From positions 1,054,001 through 1,118,000 of the forward strand of contig JBLDXI010000032.1 in the NCBI GenBank assembly GCA_047495785.1: a stretch of DNA of 64,000 bases, written 5' to 3'. This document shows positions 55,661 through 64,000 of the stretch, one piece after another. The translations under genes and the position numbers were made by a program. The stretch is from Lepidodermella squamata (lineage: Eukaryota; Animalia; Gastrotricha). Position 1 is the stretch's first letter; each line of letters begins with the position of its first letter. The notes beneath the pieces are model-generated. The model had not been told where the DNA came from and did no database searches. It worked only from the letters and a program-made list of their open reading frames with translations.

Positions 55661-58600
55661 ATGGCTCATTTAGATGACGATCTAACTTGGCTGAACGACA
55701 ACGATCTGTTTCCAATGGATGCCGACGTCGCAGTGAGTGATAGCCATAGTGATAGTCAGATATCTGGCTTAATAAGTAATACTGGTAGATTCGCCTTGAA
55801 TCCAATTTTCACATTAAATTCTCGTTAAATTTGGAATGAGCCAATTTCGAAAAGTTAATTTGGCGAGGCTACATAAATCAGAGGCTTTAGTATTGATATT
55901 CACATAACCAATGTCGCAGTCACATCGTTGTATAAACAACGAATCTTAATGGTGACTTTTTGTTCAATTTGTTGTTAGTTTAATATTATCAGCAGAACAT
56001 AATTTCCCCTACTACGCTTTTCCTGTCCTAAATAGGAAACTGTCCTGCTGAATTATTTGTTGCTTTCCCTAACTTTGTCAAGCTGCCCTCTCTTAAGGCT
56101 CGTATAAACGGGCAAACATTTTGTCAAACATTGACTTCAAACATGAATGTTTGATGAAAATGTTTGAAGAGCATTTACACGATCAAACTTGTTTGTCAAA
56201 CATTGGAAAAGGTGAAAGGTCACTTCTTGAGGCTTCAAACATTTGTTTGTCAAACTTTCATTTACACGCTCAAACAATGTTTGCAAGAAAACTAGCAAAA
56301 TCTATGCAAATCATCGAGAAAATGGCATAATTTATGCAAATTAATGAGCTAATTTGTTTAATTTATGCAAATTGGGAGAATAATTACCAATACGGGTAGA
56401 AGGGTCACATTTTATTCAACATCGAATTTACTTTTTTCAACATCAAATTACTTTTTCTATCATCAAACACTTTTTTCAACAGCTAATTTTGATATGTTAT
56501 TTTTTGCGATCCACACTCATTAAAGCCCTTGATAATGACCAGTCCGGAAAAATAACAGAAAATTTGGGCGAACAATGTAGTTTACTGCTGTCGAACCCGT
56601 TTATAAAAATATGGAAAATTGAGTTAGCTGCAATTTTGCAAAGTTACGGACAAATATTTGATTTTTTCCCAAAAAAAATTGATTTTGTAAAAATTTGTCC
56701 GAATAATTTCACGATACTCATTTTTGCGAAGACAATGATTCAAATGAGTGAAATTAGCCAGGGCCCTTCAAGGTTAAGCCGCGGGAACGTTTTACACCGT
56801 TGCGCTGCACTGAAAAGCCGCATGCGCTCCCTGTCTTGAGGGCGGGTATTATCAATGTCGATGGAGATTTTCAACTCGTACCCTGGGGATGTGTCTATTC
56901 TATTGTAATACTTCTCTATTCGCTTCTCAACTGGTGTCGTTAGTTGGGAAGTGGTCTTGTGACGCTGCTTCGCCCCGGATATGCCATCAGCACCCATGTC
57001 TCGCCGTCGAGAAACAACTTTGCCCGGCACTGACATCGTTCGTAGCCGGACTTTCGCATGTAGCGACAATAACAATTTAGGTGATGTCATCACCGTTTGC
57101 AAGGTCTCTTTATAATTGAAAGTGTCTTTCAACCACTATGAATCACCAAAAATCCAATAATCGATTAGCGCAGACCCCTGATTGTTGATAATAGCGTCCT
57201 TTCATCTCTTACGCGTGCTACTCATAACTATTCGCGGGAGTCTAACAGCCGCGTTAAATTCGCTATATGTTTTTCTTTCATGCCGAAAAGCCCAGTTTAC
57301 CGGTCAACCGGCTGGAAACTAGTCGACCCATACCCAACTCGTGACCCGACTCAACCGGTCAGCTTACAGCTTACCGGCCGGTTAACCCGACCTGTTTCCA
57401 CCTCTAGATATGATCACCTTAGCTCATTGGCACGAGCCTGGGCCCCGCTATCATCACCTGAGGTCGTAACCACATGAAATCCACAACTTCATCATGAAAG
57501 CATACTCTTCCCTATCAAATAATAATTTCTGAAGTTTGCTGTTGAAAAAAGAGTTTGATGATAGAAAAAGTAATTTGATGTTGAAAAAAATATTTTCCGG
57601 GTAGAATGCTTTCACATTTTCGACCGCTTTGATTTTATTTTTTTCCTTGCCACATGACCCGAGCGATTTAAGAATCAAATTAATCAGATTCTATCCATTT
57701 TATGAAGAAGCGCATGAAAAGTTGCGCAGATGTCGTCCCGGCTTGCAACTCCGCAGCCGCCACAGCGCCAAATGTTTGCATGTTTGTCAAACAAAATCGC
57801 CTCGACGAGTGTTTTTGTTTGAAGGCGTTTTCAACACGCCTCTCAAACATTTTCTTTCAAACACGTGCATTTAGACGGGCAAACATGTTTGAAAGCCGTG
57901 TTGGTCCCAACAATGTTTGAAGCAAAAGTTTGAACGTGTAAATGCAATGTTTGATCAAACAATGTTTGAAGCCGTTGTTTGGCAAACATGTTTGCCCGTT
58001 TATACGAGCCTTTAGGCGTATGAGCTTTCACATAAATAAATACATTTCAGAATAAACTTCGGCGAGAAAATGATATAATCGCAAACGATGATGTGGACCT
58101 TTGTCCTATGGACCCTCGTGATCCTTCGAAGCTTACAGGAGGTTATTGGAGCTGCATTTAAGAGCCGCAACTTATATGTATTATGTTGAACAGATTCTGA
58201 ATGCGACTTGACTTTGATCAAGTATGGTATTCCGGAGTATCGGTGTCGGCAAGAGGTGATCGCTAAGCCGGGAGTTGTGTGCCTTAATTCCGCGCAACAA
58301 TGTTATAACGTGAGTAAATAACAACCTTGTTCATTCAATCATGTGATCAAATTCATTCATTTATTAAAAGCTTCCAGTAAATTTGGCAAGGCACTTCAGG
58401 GGTGTATTGTGCGACCAAACAGTCGATACTTACACCAATCACGTTCTTGCGGTTACTATGGAGACGTTGACCGCTGACTTGCTCGTGGGCATGATCTTCG
58501 CTCAGTTGTATGGCCAGAATTCCATTGTTAGCAATCGAAAACGCGTGAATTTCCAGTACTTGAACTGTGCCCAGGCTGTTTATCTGCCTCAAGAGCTCAG

Positions 58601-59213
58601 AGGATACGCTGAGTCGGTCTTTGATCGGTCGATCCTCAACTTTTTGGGTCTTCTTCGCCGCTGTAATTACGAAACTGCGCATTTCACAGCCAACAGCGTA
58701 GCGGACGCTTCGCGGTGCCGTGGAATTATTGACCAGGCTGTCGACCGGAGGATCGCTATCGATTGCAGGGTCTTGGGTGGCAACACTCGAATTTACGATT
58801 TATGGAGCTATTTGGAATCGAAAAGCTCTCAAGGGCACATTGCAGAAATTCCCATCTTCCGCGGCGACACTATGCAGCGTGCATTTGAAGATGAAATTGT
58901 TAGGCAGTCGGAAGCGGGGGAATTCGACGAAACGACGTTGTGGCACTCCGTGAACGAAACGGCCAAGGCACAGCTAAACCGTAATTTTGTTGCTGTACTT
59001 GGGGGAGGCAGCCCCAATGCAGAGCTCATGCCTATATGCAGGCATTTTGGAGCGTCCCAATTCAATCAAAACCAAGGATCTATTTTTGACAGTTTGGAAA
59101 TTTTCGCATCGTTTTGCGCGACTCGATCGCTGACTTTCAACACCGTAGCTGAGGCGAGGTCTTCGACCGATTTTATAATCAACCAAGGATATTGGAAAAA
59201 TTCTGTTCTGTGA
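55661..59213 (+). CDS. CBP/p300 HAT-like protein, copy B; proposed exons 55661-55732, 58051-58141, 58194-58309, 58371-59213
   Basis: The last exon aligns end to end with copy A. The leader, exon 1 and exon 2 (NKLRRENDIIANDD...GIPEYR...VVCL) are homologous. The frame needs a 52-nt intron at 58142-58193; otherwise this is a pseudogene. Confidence 0.68.
56096..58011. mobile_element. PIF/Harbinger-type non-autonomous element with TTA TSD, in intron 1 of HAT-like copy B
   Basis: TTA|AGGCTCGTATAAACGGGCAAACAT ... ATGTTTGCCCGTTTATACGAGCCT|TTA; many subterminal TGTTTG/CAAACA repeats. Confidence 0.9.
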
Positions 59214-59239
59214 ACGCGTAATAACGGTTGTGTGCGAAA

Positions 59240-59475
59240 AGAGCAAGCGAGATAAGAGCAGTGATATAAGAGCAATGACATAAGAGCAAAACGAAATAAG
59301 AGCAACGAGATAAGTGCAGCGAAATAAGAGCAGAGCGACATAAGAGCAATTTAATACAGGGTGTTCGTTAAATAATATCTAGCTTTTAGCTTTGAAACGC
59401 TGAAACGCGTGCCAAAAAGTAGCAAAGCTATTTATAACTACCTATTATTTCTTGAACACCCTGTATAAGAGCAAT
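59240..59475. repeat. Degenerate ATAAGAGCA tandem repeat downstream of HAT-like copy B
   Basis: Repeated (A)TAAGAGCA(A) units about 15 nt apart, resuming after the MITE at 59357-59463. Confidence 0.7.
59357..59463. mobile_element. Tc1/mariner-type MITE, TA TSD
   Basis: TA|CAGGGTGTTC ... GAACACCCTG|TA. Confidence 0.8.
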
Positions 59476-60747
59476 ATTGTTATTTCTAGTTGCTATATGA
59501 ATGTTATTCTTCTATGCGGCCATTTTTTCTGTCAATCTATCGTCCCACTACCATAAGTTCGCACGCGCCCAATCAGTTTTTTTCTTCGAAGAATTGGCAA
59601 CAAAACCCGCTATTTTGGCTGGCTTTGGGGCTGCTAATGAAAAATAATGAGCGACATCGCGTGCTTGATGCCATTTTTTGCCATATCAATGTACCAAAAA
59701 ATTGCTCTTTTTATTCATGGATAAATAAAAAAGATAGATCTGACACTGTAGTACTTCGTTTGTGTTCTGCAGTAATGTAGCTTAACCATGCTATACGCAC
59801 ATTGGAAAATAAATTTTCTTAATTTGTCGAATTTAGCCTCGAAACTGGTATCAAAATGACCGTCTTGATGCGAGGATGAAGAATATGTAAAATTTGTGGC
59901 ATTTCGAGCGTCCAGTGCCACGTTAAAGCTGTTTGAGCGGTTTTTCGTCCGCGTACTGTTATTATTATTAGTGTGTGTGCAAATGCATATGCATATATGA
60001 TGGCCGCATGTAGCATCTTTTCCCGCCGTTGTTCTTTTTTCTTATTAATGCTTTGATATCTTTTAGGCTTGGGGTTAAGGTTCGGTATCTCAAAGGGTAT
60101 CTCAAAAATATTTATGTCTTAGTTTTTTCTGAAATCCGCCCATAAATAACTTCTGCTGATAAAAATAAATGTTTCGTAATCTCAACAACCGTTTGACAAG
60201 TGCAACCGATGTGCAATAAAAACGACATTACTTTTATACACCTCGCCTTCTCCCATCAATCAATTCATAACTAAAAGTTATTGCCATGTACTAGCCCTCG
60301 GAGAGTTTGTTGTGAAGCGAACCTAGCTGTTGCAGCAACGCCGAATGAACTCAACACATCATTTTAATGCGCAGCTATGAGCCGAGGGAGAATCAAAGTC
60401 GCAAAATTGCATCGTTTTCAGAAAGGTGTCAATAGCAAGATTTTTGCATAAAATAAAATTATCATTCAGCGATAATAAAACAAAACTCAGGGTTTAAAAC
60501 GATTCTTTTCTTACAAATAATTATTTATTACAATAATAATAATATGCAAATGCAAAAGAGACCCTTTCGGACTAGAAATTTCGCGTAAAAAGAGACACTA
60601 CAAAATTACAAAAACATAGTGGATAAATAGGTTTTTTTTACGAAAATGAAGATTGATTGATTGATTGTTGATGTCATCGCTCATTTCGATAGGTTTTTAG
60701 CTAGCTGTTTGCAACCACTGGCTATTAATCCAGCCGCCATCAACATT

Positions 60748-61333
60748 TTAGTCAGTTGCCATATAGCCAGACCCTTGATGTTGGAATAAAAACAATCACA
60801 ATTTGAAAATCAAAATCGTTAACTTTAACTTACTTGAGCGGCATCGGAGTAGCCAGATGCAAATCGCTAAGATGACAAGAGCAAATAGAACCCAAAGAAT
60901 GACCGAATAAGCGTCGGTAATATTATTATCCTGGTGGGACAGAGAAAAATGGTTAAACTTCGTGATTAAACTCAGGTACATTCAGAACAAACCGGTAAAA
61001 TCTGTGAGCAATCTTTCGAAATGTTCAGCACGCTGTTCGTTAGATAGGACACTGACAGGGTCTGTGCGTTTGTTGGCGGGGTCTTTGTTGTGTCTGTTGC
61101 TGTTGTGGAAGTTGTTGTTGTTATTGTTGTCGATTCAATGAGACTGCGACATACTCTGCAACTGCCAGACTTGGCGCACCATATGATATTGGCATCTGTA
61201 AAATCATTGCTGTAAGATTTTTCTAGCAAAAACTGGCAAAAAACTTGCCAGTGGGCTCAAGACAAGGCGGTGATCCCGATATCGTCTCCAACATAAAAAC
61301 CGCCAAAATCCAACTATTAGTAAGATTAATCAT
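60748..61333 (-). CDS. Small type I membrane protein with Cys motif and Thr-rich mucin stalk (~136 aa); exons 61333-61249, 61195-60993, 60930-60834, 60773-60748
   Basis: Signal MINLTNSWILAVFMLETISG, CLEPTDANIIWCAKSGSCRVC, T-rich stalk, TM VILWVLFALVILAICIWLL, tail RCRSRSGYMATD. Introns of 53 (GC-AG), 62 and 60 nt all keep the frame. Confidence 0.68.
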
Positions 61334-61616
61334 CGTTAAAACTTTACTATTCAATAGAAAATTATTTGTATCATACTAAATTCAGCAGTAAACAGGCAAC
61401 AGAGAAACTCAGCAAACGTTAGCAGCTGAAATCCTACGTAAATTATGAGGTAAATTATGAGAACGGTCAAAGCAATGATGCTCATTTGAACAGTAAAAAC
61501 TGGCAACTGACTGTCTGTTACCCAAATCACGAAGTCAGCCCTAAACCACTAGCGGGGCTTTGATGGAAGTTGTTTGATTGATGTCAAGTTTGTGCGAAAT
61601 TTGCTGAAAACTCCAC

Positions 61617-61930
61617 TTGTCACAAGTAGAAAACAATCGGGCCAGTTTGTTACGAGTAGAAAACAGGTGTGCCTATTTGTTACGAGTAGAAAACAAATAT
61701 TGGAGTCGCAGTTTAACACTTGACAGGATGCTCCAAGAAGCCCCGTTTAAGATGACTTGGTCTCGACAGTAAGAGAGCCTCCCGGGCCTTCGTGATGACA
61801 ACTTTTCAAAGGATTCAACATTGCGCGCGAGTGGACACTAATGGTTTAAAGTATAAGTATTTGTTACGAGTAGAAAACAAATAGGTCAACTTGTTACGAG
61901 TAGAAAACAGATGCATCAACTTGTTATCAG
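61617..61930. repeat. Short dispersed tandem repeat TTGTTACGAGTAGAAAACA (about 5 copies in two clusters)
   Basis: Copies near 61617, 61647, 61677, 61861 and 61891 at 30-nt spacing within clusters. Confidence 0.7.
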
Positions 61931-62279
61931 TCCTAAACATACGGATGAACTTGGATGCATTGATGGGTTAGTCATTTTTTGGTCATTTTACAGGATCTAG
62001 AGGTTAAAGACAAACCTCTACGAGTAAGTTCAGCGATGTAAATGGAAAATTTAGTGATAACTTGCGCCTACCACAGTTACTGGAGTGCTACAAGTGAAGA
62101 ACAAGCCGAAGTCTCACAACAGATCTTGCAAATGAAATCAAAATAAAAGCTTTAAAACGATTTCGAGGCAAATCTTCGGCGAAAATGAAAATGAAATTTC
62201 CCACGCATGAATGCAATGAGAGAGACTTCTTTATTATTTTGTTTCGTTCGACGACGTCAACTGAGTCTTTTTTGTTGAA

Positions 62280-62305
62280 ATGTATGTATGTATGTATGTA
62301 TGTAT
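62280..62305. repeat. (ATGT)n microsatellite
   Basis: TGTATGTATGTATGTATGTATGTA. Confidence 0.9.
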
Positions 62306-62847
62306 ATTAGCGTTGGATTCGCACTAAGGCGGTCTTCCATCCAACGGACGCAGATGGGCGCGTCGAGGTAAGGTGGCGAGTTACATCTTCTTTGTGTAGA
62401 CGAAATCGTCCACGTATTCTGCTTTCAGCAGTACTTTCAGGAGTTAGCGAAACTCCTAAACTTGAAAATAACCCGCCAAAAGACGTTCTTGGTTTTCAAA
62501 TGAAATAAAATAAACAAGAATTTTTTAATTACGTTATATTATAATGCTAAAATTAATTGAATAATGAAAAAAGCACAGCCTAGCACGCCGACGGCCAGCA
62601 CGACCGAGCACGCCGATCGCCGAGCAAAAAAAAACGTGCTAGCAAGCTTGCCTTCTTTCACTTTCATCAACTTGATCTTGCGAAGCATACTTGCGTGGAA
62701 AAGTCTTTGTAGTCTGAAATCTGAATAATTTGAAATTTTCTATTGGTTAAAATAAGTTATTTTTTCCAACAATATGGCTTTTATTGCATAGGTTTTTCAT
62801 TTGTATTTTGTACTTTTGTACTTTTGTACTTTTGTACTTTTGTTGTA

Positions 62848-64000
62848 ATGGCTGAATTTTTCCGTGGTGTTTTGCCGCCGGCCGTTGGATCGCGTGCTCT
62901 CGCCAACGATGGCGTGGTCAACGACGGTGTGGCCATCAGCGGCCATCAGCGGCAATCAGACGATTTGGCCACCATCAGCGGTGTGGTCATCAGCAGGGAA
63001 CAGCACAACTCCAACAGCACAACGCTTGTAGGTTTCATTTACATTTTTTTATTTTTGTTACCATTTCGAATGCTCTTGATCATGCATTAAACAACTTTTG
63101 ATACTGTTTCCTTCAATTGAGCCTTTTCCATTCATCTGTTACATAATACTGTAAAGCCATGAATTTCTTGTTTAGCGAATTTAATTTCTGCGTGACCGAT
63201 TTTTACACCCATTTGCAAAAAGTCCTCGTAGGACATATGATTTTACATTATTTGTATTGCATTTATTTGGAGTTTATTTGTATTTTCAGGAGCATCAGTA
63301 TTTCTACATAGCGATAATCGCCGTCACCAGCGTAACCGGAGCTATTGTGATTTGTTGTTGTTGTCTTTACATATTCACAAAAACCAGAGCTCTACGTGCT
63401 CGAATCGTCGGTAAGCTGTAATTAATTTGCTTATTTTTTCATTCATGCTTTCTACTTCAGGCTGCCTCCGAGAGCGCGCCTTTGTTAGCGTTGACATTGG
63501 TTTGTTTGTTTTTGGTTGCTAGATTCTTGTAATATTTTTTTCAACTCTAGAAACGATTCGCGGCGCGGTTTCGCCTTTGCTGGATAGGGTAGCAACGCCG
63601 TTTCGGCGTGCGTTCGCTCACCTGAGAGATGCTGGGCCATCCGTTGCTGCTGCCTCACCGGATGGAAACATTGGTAAAAGCTGAAACCCGAAATCGTAAT
63701 TATCATGATTATTCGTTTTTGCAGAATCTTGCGAATTTAAGGAGCCTGATCATCCTCAAGTGCCAGGTTTTGATTTGATTATCACACATTTCATTTGGCT
63801 AACATTGTTTTACCTAGGATCTTCTGAGATTGGGCCAACTCCTCGTGTCCCCGTGAAGCATGCTCGGGTCTGCGATGCCGATGCGAATGCCGCTGAACTC
63901 CGCGCCGCTAATGCCATGCGGCTCTTTCACATGGCGGAAGAACAGCGTGCCCGCCAAGAGGCGGCTACGCATGAAGCTGTACATTACGCTCGCGCGGCAG
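62848..64000 (+). CDS. 3'-partial multi-exon gene for an unknown single-pass membrane protein; exons 62848-63027, 63290-63410, 63461-63499, 63551-63673, 63725-63766, 63818->64000
   Basis: Five GT-AG introns (262, 50, 51, 51, 51 nt) give one open frame. TM YFYIAIIAVTSVTGAIVICCCCLYIF; Ala/Glu/Arg-rich helical segment at the window edge. Confidence 0.75.

Noticed and set aside
56489-57132. ORFs inside the Harbinger-type element as a transposase
   Set aside because: No DDE or Myb/SANT motifs are recognisable, so the element is treated as non-autonomous.
1-64000. Prokaryotic or phage interpretation, and the TTG/GTG starts in the ORF track
   Set aside because: Spliceosomal introns, metazoan genes and LINEs show this is animal DNA. 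In-frame ATGs giving sensible signal peptides were used instead.

Overview
Animal genomic DNA with spliceosomal introns, most of them 50-62 nt. TTTTAG/TTTCAG acceptors and operon-like gene packing suggest a nematode-like invertebrate, but this is inference. The ORF track's TTG/GTG starts were corrected to ATG starts and spliced models. The left part (1-39.1 kb) is gene-dense and nearly TE-free. It holds CTR9 and Pellino on the minus strand, then a ~28 kb plus-strand tandem array of 20 intact intronless single-pass membrane-protein genes plus one fragment, then a Storkhead-box gene and Peter Pan (PPAN). Seventeen array genes share an ectodomain of ~200 aa with 8 Cys that I do not recognise. Their tails are either Nedd4-recruiting [L/P]PxY tails or Cys-string tails. 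The right part (39.2-64 kb) is TE-rich: a CR1/L2-group LINE, an RTE fragment, and hAT, Harbinger, Tc1/mariner and foldback elements, several nested. It contains two spliced paralogs of a stand-alone CBP/p300 (KAT11) HAT-like domain that lacks the catalytic residues, two extra copies of their first exon, stray PPAN fragments, and two multi-exon membrane-protein genes missed by the ORF track. The best candidates for new biology are the receptor/E3-adaptor array and the pseudo-HAT pair.
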